From: Lytechinus pictus
Lineage: Eukaryota
Direction of reading: 5' to 3'
Length of the DNA stretch: 64,000 nt
Assembly (NCBI RefSeq): GCF_037042905.1
Contig: NC_087251.1
Coordinates: 46,936,001-47,000,000, forward strand
This document shows, piece after piece, positions 1 through 12,855 of this stretch. A program made the translations under genes and the position numbers. The notes under the pieces are model-generated. The model made no database searches, was not told where the DNA came from, and worked only from the letters and a program-made list of their open reading frames with translations. Within the stretch, counting starts at the first letter, position 1; each line of letters begins with the position of its first letter.

Positions 1-719
1 CACCCGGGACATGCACCCAATATTATTGTGCCCGAACCTTAAAGGGTCTTCATATGGGTTTTGATAACGCATTAATGGTCCATTCATCCATAATATAATC
101 AATCAAGCTATTCTTCGTTGGGTAATTGTTATAGGATACAATGCCGCCTCAGGTGTATTGTTGTTAATCGATTTATTGACTGGACTTTGTATTCGAGGAG
201 GATATGAATATTCATTAATGGAATTTGATTATATAGGCTTATACGCCAATTTAATTGGTTTCGATTGAATGATTTTTTTTTTCAAGGCTAATGTTTTATG
301 TTTACCTTCTGTAAATTGCGATACTAGTACCAGCCCAATATGTAGCTCGATCGATCTGTGTAAGACTGTAGTTCTTGCTACATTAACTAAAAGCAGCTCT
401 CAGTCCCAGTGGGGGGGGGGGGGGGGGGGGGGGGGAGAAATGTACTGGCAACTCCCCTTATTCTGTTTATTCCAAACTACTTCTATGTTTCTGAGCCCTA
501 TCTTTTTTTTGTGGGGGGGGGGGGGCTATCATATATATTTTCAGTCGAAAAAAAATCAATTCAGAAAGGGGCTAATGTAATGACCCCACCAGTAACCCCC
601 ACTCTGCCATCCAGTTGCCCCAAACAGACCTTGCGTGGTCCACCCTAGGCCCTGCGCCCAAATCGTAATTTCACATTCGGGGGGGGGGGGGGGACCCACC
701 TCGAAAAAAAAGATTTTTG

Positions 720-1436
720 AATGGAAAGAGGCCGTCGTTCCGCTGTCCACTAATCAGCTGCCAAACACGAATGACATTGGAAATACCTGAGCAGCGGAAA
801 ACAAAACTAAGTTAATATCTTCACCAATCGTTCATTGATCTGCAGATTATAACGCGTGTAATTAATCACGACCGATTCGCAGGCAGGATCGCTCGCGCTA
901 ATCTCATCACAGACAAGCGTTCTCATGAATGAATGAACACAATGACAGCGCGATATGGCAAGAACATAGGTGTTCGCCGCGACATATCGGAAAGCCGATA
1001 CCTACAAGGCCAGAGAGAGGAAGTAAAATTTGCATATGAAATCGGTGCTGACATTGAAGTATAATACATCGCCGCTCGATTCTTCCGCGGCGAGGGAAAC
1101 ACTTGTGTTTGGCGTTTTTAACGGCGATTAAATCGTTAATTTTTATTTGATGAATGTCAAGAGCATTAATAGACACGAATTCATGCTAAATTGAGACTCT
1201 TTATGTATTTGGGACGTTTAAAAATATACATCCGGACTAAATTTCATATCTGCGCATTAAGCCTGTGTTTGAGTGAGTGCTTCGGCAGTCATTTCCTCTG
1301 AATCACCCGTTCATAATGTCGGTGCTATGCGGTCCACGAAGTTGGAGAGAAGGTTCACTTTTTGCATTTTATCGCCTAAAATTGGATGAATAATGGATAA
1401 TACACGGAGGTAACGAATTGTCTTGAATAAAGGAAG
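720..1436 (+). promoter_or_regulatory. CpG-rich promoter / 5' UTR region of SPRED
   Basis: CpG and CGCG density is clearly higher than in the CpG-depleted introns downstream, and the region lies directly upstream of the SPRED ATG at 1437. Boundaries are approximate and the TSS is not determined. Confidence 0.55.
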
Positions 1437-1465
1437 ATGGAGGAGAGAGATACCCCACTGGACGA
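1437..1465 (+). CDS. SPRED: SPRED exon 1 (MEERDTPLD + GA, phase 2)
   Basis: aagATGG start context followed by donor GA|gtaagt. Phase 2 joins exon 2 (GA+G = Glu). The short acidic N-terminus resembles vertebrate SPRED exon 1. Confidence 0.8.
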
Positions 1466-2109
1466 GTAAGTGTTTTTGATAAAATTTTGTTAGAAATCTC
1501 CGTTAGGCCCCGAATGATACATTGGACTCCTGTGTGCATGGTGTGTACGGTATGTGTGTGTGGAAACTGGAAGGTATTGATAGGACAGCTCAGCTTCGAT
1601 TCGGGGCCCTGAGTGGGGTGAAACACGAGAATGCCCGATCATAACACACCGCAAAGAAATTATTTAAAAAGTGAGATTGCAATTGTAGTTTTCAGTGACA
1701 TTATTCTATATTTAAATAAAACAAATTTTACTGAGCTTTTGTTTTGTCTCATGGCGTATCAATAAAATTTGACGGAGAATGACCAGTGTTTATTGTAGTT
1801 GTACTGTAGGCCTACATGATTTTTTTTTCTAATGACTGAGACTGAGTGATGGACGATCATCATGTTCAATCCGGTAGACATAGTCAGAGGCGCATGCATA
1901 TTTTGCATTACCATTGGTGCTGATAACATTACATACCTCTGCATTGTTGCCACTGACTATGGGTATGGCTTGGCCATTGGACACCGACTGCCAGTCTTTG
2001 ACTAACATTAGATTTTACTTTTCTACATATTTAAACAGAAATAGATGTCGACCCCATAATTTACACTGAACTGACGTGACAGAAACTGTGATGTGTGAAG
2101 TATACTATA

Positions 2110-3271
2110 CTATATAGCCAGGGGCCAGTTATCAAAATCAAAATGCAGTGTTACGGGTAATAGTTACGGGTGTACCCCAGGGTACCAAACTTGGTCCCAT
2201 TTTATTTGTTTTAATGATAAATGGTGGCATGGTGCCTGTACTTTGTCATACTTTAAATATGTAGATGACTTAACCATGGTAGAGTGTAGAATGAAAAATC
2301 AAGCCTCACAAATACAAACTGAAATTTAATTACTCGAATCATAGACTTCTCGAAATGATATGGAACTCAATGCATCAAAATGTTCTACAATATCAATTTC
2401 ATTTTCAAAACAACCTCTTCAACCGCAAGTGATCTATAACACCCCATTACTATGTGTAACCGCAGTAAAAATCCTAGGAATTACAATTCAGAATGATTTA
2501 AAGTCGAATGCTCATGTATTGTAACCGAAATAATGAAAAAGAGCAATAAAAAGTTATACATGCTAAGAACTTTGAAAGCTTACAATCTACCTGAATGTGA
2601 TTTGTTAACAGTGTATACAGGGTATGTAAGACCAGTCCTGGAGTATTGTGTACCTCTATTCGCTGCTTCTCTTACTTTGAAACAGATAAAAATTATTGAA
2701 ACTGTCCAGAAAAGAGAATGCAAGATAATATTGGGATCCAAGTACATGTATCTATCATATGACATGGCTCTAAACACCTTAATTTTGACATCACTTGAAA
2801 GTCAAAGAGTAAATCTTACCACAGATATCGCTGTAAAGTTACAAATTAATCAATTGTACAAAAACTGGTTACCTCCACTGAAAAACGCTTTCAATTTACG
2901 ACATATGAATACATGTAAATATAAGGAGATTCCATGTAAAACAAAAAGATTTCAGAACAGTGCTCTTTGCTCTTCCAAGTCTGACAAGTTTACAATGTAT
3001 TAAATAAGTACAGTACCATGGTAATAAGTTTGCAATTTATGTAATGAATGTGCAATATTAATATTGTATTATCTATAATAATTTATTTTTATCCATTTTA
3101 ACTCAATTTTTAACTGCACATATGTAATTTTAATTTGTACATGTATATTCATTGTTAATCTTAGTAATTTTGATTATTTTTATATATTGGCATTGTGTAA
3201 ACATGTACAATTCAGTCTGTGACTGCCAATCATGTTTTTTTTGCAATAAACCTAAATTGAATTGAATTGAA
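2110..3271 (+). mobile_element. 5'-truncated, degenerate L2/CR1-group LINE (RT to 3' end)
   Basis: GVPQGTKLGPILF at 2169, YVDD at 2258 and YxGYVRPVLEYC in ORF 2533-3003, spread over three frames with stops. Ends in AATAAA plus an (ATTGA)n tail. Confidence 0.9.
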
Positions 3272-4362
3272 ATGGTGTTTATATAATTAAGCTTACACTG
3301 TAACATACCAATTATCTAATAAAAATGTTTCATAATAATAATAATACTACTATTATTATTATTAAATAAGAAGGGGAAAATGTTTTTTGTATTACTTAAA
3401 ATGTTATTTCAAACATAAATTCGGGTCTACGTGTAGATTGCTGTATATTTTTGTTTATTCATACCGTGAATATACATGTACCTTAAGGCACCACACTTCT
3501 ACACATACATGTAGATGGATATCATTATTAGTGGGTAGGGTTTGGGGGCTTTTAAGCACATTAATAACCCAATTTTGATAGTCTTTTTCTGTTAAAGGGG
3601 TACTTAAGACATAATTATTTGAATAGATTAGAATAAACAAAACACTGAAATTTGATCAAAATTGGACAAGGAATATGTCAAGAATATGACATTGTAAAGA
3701 TTTGCATGTTTTCATGAAACAGTTCTGTCTTGTCTTGTCTTTCAGGTAATGCCCACAATCATTATATTGATTATTATGGCTTACGAACGTCAAGATTGAC
3801 TCGACCTGTAATTTTGCCGGGACTGGCAATTAACTGTCAATTAAGGGGATAAGGAATTTATACAGTATTCTCAATACACGTATGTTGTATTTGTTTTTAT
3901 TTTTTATATTGTTTGCCATGAAAGTACTTCGTGCAGTTCTTCCAAGGCCAAGTTTTCATCAATAAACAATTTTATTTCAATAATTAGATAAAATTACAAG
4001 AAAGAAAGAAAAAAAAAGTTGCTCGTGCTAGGCAGGCCTACATGTATTTTATTTTGTGTTCAGTTTCAATAACAGTAATGTGCAATTGTGTATGCATACA
4101 TATGACTAAAAGTGAGTATGCAAACTACATGTAGCTACAATGTACAATTACCGGTATTCCTTTCGCTTTTGTCAGAAATTTCAAATATTTTCAACTTGAA
4201 CCCCCCCCCCTTTGATTGCATTGTAAATTATGGTTTGATTGCTCTTGATATATACTCTGAATCTACATAGAGACCTTCAAACCTACAAGAACTTTAGTAT
4301 TTATCATTTTCATGAAAAAAAGATTCAGACTAAATTGTGAACATGTGCCATCAGTGTTTCCC

Positions 4363-4973
4363 TTAAAGGACAAGTCCACCCCAACAAAAAATTGGTTGGA
4401 ATAAAAAGAGAAAAATCCAACAAGCATAACACTGAAAATTTCATCAAAATCGGATGTAAAATAAGAAAGTTATGACATTTTAAAGTTTCGCTTAATTTCA
4501 CAAAACAGTTATATGCACATTCTGGTTGGTATGCAAATGAGGAGACTGATGACGTCATCCACTCACTATTTCTTTTGTATTTTATCATATAAAATATGAA
4601 ATATTCTAATTTTCTCCTCATTGTCAAGTGAAACAGTGATTAATTCCTCGCTGAACATGTGGAATTAGCATTGCTTAATACTATATGATTCAGTCAAGTC
4701 GGTCCCTGTGGTCAAATCTATACAAAATGAAAAATTGTATAATTCAAACAATAAAAAACAAAAGAAATAGTGAGTGATGGACATCATCGACTAACTCATT
4801 TGCATGTCACTGAGTTGTGCATATCACTGTTTTGTGAAAAATAAGCGAAACTTTAAAATGCCATAACTTTCTTATTTTACATCCGATTTTGATGAAATTT
4901 TCAGTGTTTTGCTAGTTTGATTTTTCTCTATTTATTCAAATCAACATTTTTCTGGGGTGGACTTGACCTTTAA
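4363..4973. mobile_element. Kolobok-like MITE copy 1 (TTAA-flanked, long imperfect TIRs)
   Basis: TTAA-AGGACAAGTCCACCCC ... GGGGTGGACTTGACCT-TTAA with arms of about 200 bp. Same family as 42316 and 43277. TTAA TSD with AG..CT termini fits Kolobok rather than piggyBac. Confidence 0.85.
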
Positions 4974-5130
4974 GCATTCTGCCTTTGTAAGGCATACAAC
5001 ATCAATTTGTGAAAATATGCTGAACTTATTAAAGTATCACAATGTTTTTTTTTAAGTTATCACCATACAAGTTTGATCATTCAGTTTTATGTTAATTGGT
5101 TTGTTTTTGGAGTTAAACTTGGTCATTAAC

Positions 5131-5347
5131 TTGATTGATTGGTGGGGATTTTTTTAACCTGATTGCTAAGAAAGCATGAATGCTTGTAAGCAAGCAACCA
5201 GAGGACCGATGGCTTAAGGTCCTCTCCGAAGGACCTGGTAATGAGGATTAATGCCTTACCAAAGGGCACTAGCGCACCAAGTGTGAATCGAACCCGGGTC
5301 ACCAGAATACGAATCCCCCGCTCTACCGACTGAGATATCGCGCCTCC
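5131..5347 (-). mobile_element. tRNA-derived SINE
   Basis: Minus strand reads GGAGGCGCGATATCTCAGTCGGTAGAGC (A box) ... GGGTTCGATTC (B box), then a non-tRNA body and a short (AATC)n tail. Confidence 0.85.
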
Positions 5348-6212
5348 TCATATATACTATGGATACTGGATAGTATTTTTTATGTTACAGGGCCCAGATA
5401 GATTTGCATTTTTTGAATTAGTTAACAGTATAGGCCTATAAACATGTATATTATATGCTTGATGATAGCAATAAAGTGCTTGATACATCATTAGGATTAA
5501 GGGGGGTTTGTTTAAACACTGTACAGATATGTAAACATGTAAATGCCTTGGTCATCGGATTCTGGCTTGCCAGCAGGCATTATACATGTACACATTCATG
5601 TATTACACTTTCTTGCGGACTACTGTATTCCAGTAGTAATATACTACTGTATATTGGCTTTTGATCCTATGGGTTACCCTATGTTTAGAACCTCTTGTAG
5701 GTTTTGATATTTTCTTACAGAATAATTCCAGTTTGTTATTGGGATATCAATGTCCAACACAATGATATGAAACAAAAACATGTTTTTAGTGGATGTATTT
5801 TGCAAAATTGCAATTTTTCATGAAAATTAAGATGAGATCCCACCCTAATTAAAACTGTGATTTAGAAAAAAAAAATGATATAATGAAACTGCTTCACAAG
5901 CATGGAATCCGAATGGGTTGCAAATTTCAGAATTAAGTTTTGTCTACACTGTACATACATGTATAAGGCTTTCCCAAATTTATGCAATCACTGAACATTT
6001 TTTTTGTTTTTGTTTTAAGAGAGAGATGGTGCTACATGTACATATCTTAAAAAGGTAAAAAATCACCAAGTATAAAATGAGTAGGAAAAAGAAGATTCAA
6101 TGGTCACTATACACTACAGTGTCTACACTTTGTTCAGTTTGGAACTTAGAACGTACTCCAATAATATATATGTACCATCTTACTTAATGATAATCACATC
6201 ATTGAACCTTTA

Positions 6213-6870
6213 CAGAGACTCCAACTCTCCCGCTTTCGGTGGGAGATCTTCCGCCGAAAGCCCACTTTCGCAAAATCTCCCATTCTCCCGCTCGAGATTT
6301 AATATCTCCCACCCAGGCCCTGTGTCTCCCGCTTAAGATGTGTTTTCTCCTGCTTAAAATTACCGGTATCTTTCTCAGGTCCTCCTATGGCCTATTTGTG
6401 TGATTTGATTCATTGAAGTGTTAATTACTAAGTACCATCCTAAGGCGTACAAACCCCCCCCCCAAAAAAAAATTACGACCAAGAAAAAAGAAAAGGAAAG
6501 AGAGAAGGGTGAAATATGATATCATTTTTGTAATATGATGTCAAAATCTATCACCAAGTTGGATTTTTAAAGTAAAAGTGTTGAATTTTTTGCTCGCTCG
6601 CAACTTTTTATTAATTTTACATGATACGCCATATCGAGCCCCCTCAAAATTTTTAGCTCATTACGCCACTGGTGCCATCACGTATTGAAAAATGAGCCTG
6701 AGAGAGCATCTAGAACCCTAGAGCTTCCTGGGCCCTTTTAGCAAGACGTGGACCTTGGCCGCAAGCTCGTGATGTGCGCTTCACGCACATCAAGTTGGAG
6801 TCTCCAGTTTGCTAGGGGATCCAGGCGGGAGAATCTCCAGATCAGTAGGTTCTTGGGGTTGGAGTCTCTG
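6213..6870. mobile_element. Non-autonomous TIR element with a nested fragment of another MITE
   Basis: 13-bp perfect TIR CAGAGACTCCAAC / GTTGGAGTCTCTG. Internal segment of about 6440-6672 ends in TACGCCACTG, the end of a different element. No TSD seen. Confidence 0.65.
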
Positions 6871-7769
6871 TGTACTGTTAGAAATATGGGCTAAGAAGTT
6901 GTCAAAACATTTATGGTAGTACATTTTTCCAATGGACAGTCTGATGTCAAATATAATTTTTAAAAGAAAATTGCAGACTACAGTTCTGATTTGATATCAT
7001 CCACACTTAAACAGTTTTATGACTACATGTAGGAATAGGAAATATATGTATAGTGTCCATGTACAAGATAATATAGATTGTTACAGTGACAGGCCATTTT
7101 TTTTGGGGGGGTGCCAAAGTTTTGAGACTTCAAAGGTCCTACCAAAACTACAAAGGCTTATTCTGTAACCTTTATTTTCTGTTAAGACAAAAAAGGTCCT
7201 GAATCATAGTCAGTGTGCACTAGATGTCGAGTTTTTATCCATCTAATTGCAATGTGAGTTTGTGCAGTAGTGTTTACAAGTTAAGTTACAATTACTGTGC
7301 TGCAGTTTTGCTTGGAATCCTGCTCGGTACATGTACAATGCAGCATGGACCTACTACATGATTGCAGTGACTGACTCTACCTACATGTACAACTACATGT
7401 ATACATGTACACAGTGCACAATACAATCCAGTACTGCATTGACGATCTGACTGCCTGCCTGGTTCACTGACTTTCCAGCGTGACACACAGCCTGTGTGCT
7501 TGCTGGGTAATAACACAGAACATTGATATTTGATAAGCGGGTTGCAATGTGGAAGTTTTCCTGCTGATGTTGAGAATGCAGATGGAGATGCGACTGCAGC
7601 GGAAGGAATTGATATTGCTTGCTCTGAAGGAATCTGTAAGCTATCACTGTGGGATACCCCCTGCTTTGTAGACAGAAGGAGTTCGAGTTACACTCACACA
7701 GTGCTGTGTATTGCTAGAGTACTGTTACATACATGCTACATGTACATACAAGTATTTTGCACTGTAAAA

Positions 7770-7909
7770 TACATTGCAAATGTATTGTTAGTGTTGTTTC
7801 AGATGAATCATATTTATTAATTATGTTAGCAAGCAGGATTACATTGCAAATGTACTATTGTTAGTGTTGTTTCAGATGAATCATGTTTATTAATTATGAT
7901 TGCGAGCAG
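7770..7909 (+). repeat. About 70-bp tandem duplication
   Basis: tacattgcaaatgta..ttgttagtgttgtttcagatgaatcat.tttattaattatg..gc.agcagg occurs twice, head to tail. Confidence 0.85.
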
Positions 7910-8242
7910 GGAAGAAATCCATTATTTTTAGCATTGAGATGCCCTTTCTCATGAAATTAATGTACATATGATACAGATTGACTTTACTTTTGACGTTATG
8001 CTTTACATGTAATGTGCATATACATACACTGTACAATGTACATATAAGTGTATCTCTGGGTCTTTATTCTTTGGTGTTCACGAACATAACAAAATTGGCA
8101 TACCGATACCGGTACATACATGTACATGTAGTTATTTGTTTGTGTTAAACACTCACGTTATTGAATTTGTCTGTTGTACCCCTAGAAATGTTCTACATGT
8201 ATGCCTGCATGATAGTTAATAGTACAGTCATGAAGTGATATA

Positions 8243-8912
8243 TTTTCATGCCTTTGTCAGTTGTCACCAAACATGTACATTTTATTGTAGGCATTGTGTT
8301 TTGGGGCTGTTTGCCCCGTTTTCATTCTTGAGATAACTAAAGAACTGGACATACTTTACTTAGTTAAAGTACAGTTTACATTTGTACAGTTACATAGTTC
8401 ATGTATGCATACATGTATGGAAGGAACAATAATCTCGCAGATTTTGGGGTCATGAGGTCAAAGGTCACAGGTCATTACAATGTACATGTATTGTATATCC
8501 TGTCCGCCTAATAACTGGAGAACTGTAAAAGTAATAAACTTCAAAGTCGTTTGATTTACATGCATATTGATTGGACAATGATGTGATTAGATTTCAGAGC
8601 CACAGGGTCAAAGGTCACAGAGGTTTATATCCCTGTACATTATATCTGAAAATATTTTGCTATAATACATGTAATTGAGGAGCTGTTTGAGGGTTCAGCT
8701 TCGGGCTTTGCTCATGTACTTGTGTGCATGTGAGAGTGGCATTGATCTGTATTTTAGATGTTAGGGGTATAAGCTGAAGGTCACAGAGTTTATTTGAAAA
8801 TATTAAGTCAGGCGTGTCTACATGTACACGTACATGTGTATTCTTGATTTGGCAATTTCAGAGGCATGCATTGTAAATTGTCACTGTGCAGTCAAGAATC
8901 CATCTAGATTTT
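8243..8912 (+). mobile_element. Degenerate Helentron-associated (HINE/DINE-like) element
   Basis: TTTT-ATGCC start, repeated AGGTCAAAGGTCAC motifs and a CTAG-plus-T-run end. Same architecture as 53915-54390. Confidence 0.5.
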
Positions 8913-10299
8913 TTAAAGTGGGCCGAGTCAAAATGTTTAACCACCATTTGAATGACCGCTAGAAGCATAGTATTGACTGCAATGGGGGGGGGGGGGTAAA
9001 ACATTTTACAAAAGTTGTTAAAAACTCACATGAAATGCCCATCTGACTTTCATTAAAAAGTAATTATTAAAAATATTCAAGAAAATTATAATTTTCCTGC
9101 TTTTTTCTTGACAGTTGATTGGTTTCTGGAATTTCCCTTGATGTTGGACTATTTACAGTCAGTGTATTAATGATAACAATTTGGTGAAAAATTGCCAGTT
9201 TTACAGGCTGCTTGAAGATAAGGGTTAAAAAGAAAATGATTTGATATGGAGTCAATCTGAGTCATTCATGTAGGGTATGATGGGTAATGTTATTTTTCAA
9301 AAGGTCAGTGACCTGCTACCTACAGTATGATCCTTTTTATTTTGTTGTTGTTGCCCTCTTCAAGCACAACCTGTCAAAGCTTATTACAGTGTATAAAAGT
9401 GGAGGGATTTTGCAAATCTTGACCATGTACATGTACAGTTTGTACTTGTATGTTTTCTTTTGTAATATCAGGTTAAGTCTTGATGTATTAAAAAGGCACT
9501 TTACCGAATACCGATAGTCTATGGTGCATCTTCAGCAGAAATCCTGCTACATGTAATGTACAGTATGCGCAGTATGAAGGTACATGTTCATGTACAGTAC
9601 TTTGTTTGTGTCAAGACTCTTTTCAAAGCGACTTTCCTGCACTCTCTGTTGTTTTGCCATGATGAAATGTGAGGATTACATGTAATGAAAATCTGCGCAC
9701 AGGATTCCAGAGTAAAAATGTGGCCCTGACTTGTTTACATGTATGGCATGGTAATTATATAATATTGAATGGCTAAGAATTGGAATACCAGAAATATTCC
9801 AAGAGTTTTGGGCAATATTCCGTGAATCGCAGATGAGTGGAATATTGGCCCTAACAAGTGGAATATTTCTGGTATTCCATGAAATAAAGCTATTCAATAT
9901 AATTATTATCATCTTTCCCCCCCAAAAAAAAAAATAAAATAAAAAGAGGGAGAACTTTGATTGAACTTGTCAAGCCATCTCTTACCACGTACATGTACGG
10001 CATCATCACTTCATAACATCAACTTTGATCGTTGACATGCGACTCACATGTATTTCATTATGACGTTACTAAGCTCTGATACTGCACGGGTGATTGATGC
10101 ACACCAAAATACGCGTTTTGATGCATCGCTAAAACGCTCTATATAGATGATAATTAAATTTATTGAATAAACATGCGAATGTAATATTAAAATGGCGTTT
10201 TCCATGAATAGTTTCAGTGTGACTTAATGTCATGTTCTTCATTCCCCAATTCATAACTTACAGTTAACTGATATTTTTTAAACTTATTTTCTCGTACAG

Positions 10300-10465
10300 G
10301 AACTCCTGCCTGACCAAAGTCCGCGCTCAGGTAATGACGCGGGAAGATGGCGGGTGGGTTCCAGTTGGTGGTGGAGGGGTCAGTATTGTGGGAATCTACA
10401 AGCTGACCAAAGAAGACTGCAGAGTGGAACACGTTGTCGTAGGAACAACAATGGAAGACAACACA
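10300..10465 (+). CDS. SPRED: SPRED exon 2, EVH1 domain N-half (NSCLTKVRAQVMTREDGGWVPVGGGGVSIVGIYKL...EDNT)
   Basis: Acceptor ttttctcgtacag, donor ACA|gtaagt. The VRAxVMTRxDxxGW motif is diagnostic of the SPRED EVH1 domain. Not in the ORF track because it lacks its own long ATG ORF. Confidence 0.93.
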
Positions 10466-10867
10466 GTAAGTATTGTTCATAATCAAATTTTCTAAGAACA
10501 CAAATTACACATCGTATCCCCCACTGTACTCTGCTGTAATTATACATGTACCACTTACTTGTAAATACCTTCAGCAAATTACATGTACATGTATGTAGTT
10601 CTATAATAAGATCATAATCTAGATTACATTTAATACCAATTTAATACATGTAGTATTCAAATTGTTAGCCAATACATATGTTGCTTAATGCAGTCCATCT
10701 AGCTCCCTAATTTTTCTTGTACTATGCAGTTTGCCTATTGCTCAAATGGCTCGCTGCATTTTCAAAAAAAAAAATAGTGTTCTTTATGTTGACCTACCGG
10801 TACTTCATTTTCAATTATCCATGATTTAAAAAAACATGAATTAAACAACTCATTTTCATTTGACCAT

Positions 10868-11372
10868 TTAAAGAGGAAGTTCACCCTGAAGTTAAGTTAG
10901 TTTAAAAAGAAGGCAAATTTGAGGAAAAATATTGTTAAAGGTTTGATGAAAATCCATCAAAGATCACAAGAGTTATGATGTTTTACAGTTTCACATTTGC
11001 AACGTCATTCGCAAGTAGCTTTCCTATATCATGTAAATTGCCTAAACTCCATTTGTTTTCAATTGAATATGATGAATACAAATATTTATCTTATAGTAGG
11101 GGGATATGAAATATCTGATGATATACAATGTACATGTACAATACAGTATCCATTCTTTGATTTATGAGAAAATGGTATTTTGGGGGAAAGTTTATCACAC
11201 AGCATGGAGGAGTTACTGCTCGTCTGTGATGTCACAAAATCAAAACTTAAAAAGATTATAACTCTGTTATTCTTTGACAGATGTTCTTATAGATTTTACC
11301 AATATTTTTTCTCTGAGTTTTCAACTTTTATTATAATTATCAGGGTGAACTACATGCATGTACTTCCCTTGA
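10868..11372. mobile_element. Older Kolobok-like MITE
   Basis: TTAAAGAGGAAGTTCACCCTGA ... TCAGGGTGAACT[acatgcatgtact]TCCCTT. The right TIR is interrupted by a short insertion. Confidence 0.6.
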
Positions 11373-12683
11373 AGTGTGTTCAGTGTGTTTGGGTGACTGA
11401 ACCTTGCTCTCCCACAGTCTAGCTATTTTTCTTGTTTTACTTTAAGAAGATGAAAATGGTGCAGTCATTCATTGCATAAATAACAGTGGTGGAAAAGGTC
11501 AGAATAATACTATATAAAAAAATGTCCTTCAACCCTTGATGTCTGCACACTTTAGACTAGACAGGCCTGACCTTTCAAGAAATGGGTGTACATTAGAACA
11601 ACATAGTACTGTACTTGTACCTATAGGCATATTATAGCTTTAGAAAATCACCTTTTCTCTACTACATGTACATGTACATGTACATGTACAAATTGCCTGT
11701 TGCCACTGTATATACATAAATGTAGATAATTTTGTGACATGGTGAATGATTTAATATTTCATTTGCAATACAACTTTTTCCCCAGTAATTGCATTGCATA
11801 CATGTACAAATCCACACACAGTATGTGTACATGTACACGGTAGATTACAGTAGTGCAGTGATTGTTACAAACTGATGAGATCAAAAGTCCACCTAATGTA
11901 AACACAGCTACATCCAGGTTGTGTTTGCACAAAGATTATTAATGTATCTAGGCAGGAAGTTGGGTACTCAGTGTAAACCATTAAATTTTTCAAATAACTA
12001 AAGTAAACTTCATATCTGTACTTGAGTGGAGATAGCAGAACAAAGAAGAATTCTGCTGTGATTGATTTTAAGGGCAATGATTGATCGTCAGACATAATGC
12101 ATGTTTTTTTTTAATATTAATCATATTATTTCTTCATTCAACAATTTCATGTATGTAGAAATGACATTTGAATGGCCTTGTACAGATCATGTAGTGTTAG
12201 CAGGATTTTTTTTATTATTCCTGGTTCCTATTGAAAATTGAAATTATCCCTTGGAGTCGGAGCAGTAATTGAATTGTCCACTACAAAATATCAAGCAGTT
12301 TCAACCAATGGCAATATGATGGATAGTCTCCAGTACTGTATGTCTCCAGAACAATATGCACATTCATGTACAGAAGAAGTGCTTGCGGTACGCATCTTCT
12401 GTACTTTACATGCATGTACATGTACCAACAGTGTACTGTACATACCTCATGATGCATCTACGGTCTACCAATTACCGTTAAGAGCGTTACATGTATTTGT
12501 TAATACTGTTACATGTACATGTTCTTGAGGTCAGACTTATTTAATAAAATATATTGATTTATTGAAACCAAATATGCCAAATTATTCATAGTATGGGGAA
12601 GAGAGTACTAAGATTTGACTCGCTATTTTTGAAAAATTCTTACATTTACAATGCTGTTCAATTTCTTTTTGTGTGAAATACAG

Positions 12684-12855
12684 AGGGTGCTTGAATTCAA
12701 TTTACGGAAAGGTGTTCAATACTACCGAGGCAGTCATCTCTTTCACCATTGGAGGACTCCAGATGAAAAGAAATGTGGTCTAACCTTCTATGGCCCGGCT
12801 GATGCCAGGGCCTTTGAAAGAGGGTTTGGGCGTGCAGTTTCAGAGTTGCAAGAAG
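12684..12855 (+). CDS. SPRED: SPRED exon 3, EVH1 domain C-half (RVLEFNLRKG...FHHWRTPDEKKCGLTFYGPADARAFERG...ELQE)
   Basis: Acceptor aaatacag, donor G|gtaagg. The FHHW..KKxGLTFxxPADARAFxRG motif matches SPRED EVH1. Phases 0 to 1. Confidence 0.95.

Noticed and set aside
411..693. Long G homopolymers (also at 15448, 36297, 45765 and elsewhere) as functional G-quadruplexes
   Set aside because: Most lie in the ends of MITE-like elements, homopolymer length is error-prone, and there is no independent evidence of function.
2533..3003. 156-aa ORF as a host gene
   Set aside because: It is the C-terminal part of a frameshifted LINE ORF2.
5270..5347. tRNA gene
   Set aside because: A and B boxes are present, but the sequence continues into a SINE body and simple-repeat tail rather than ending as a clean cloverleaf with a terminator.
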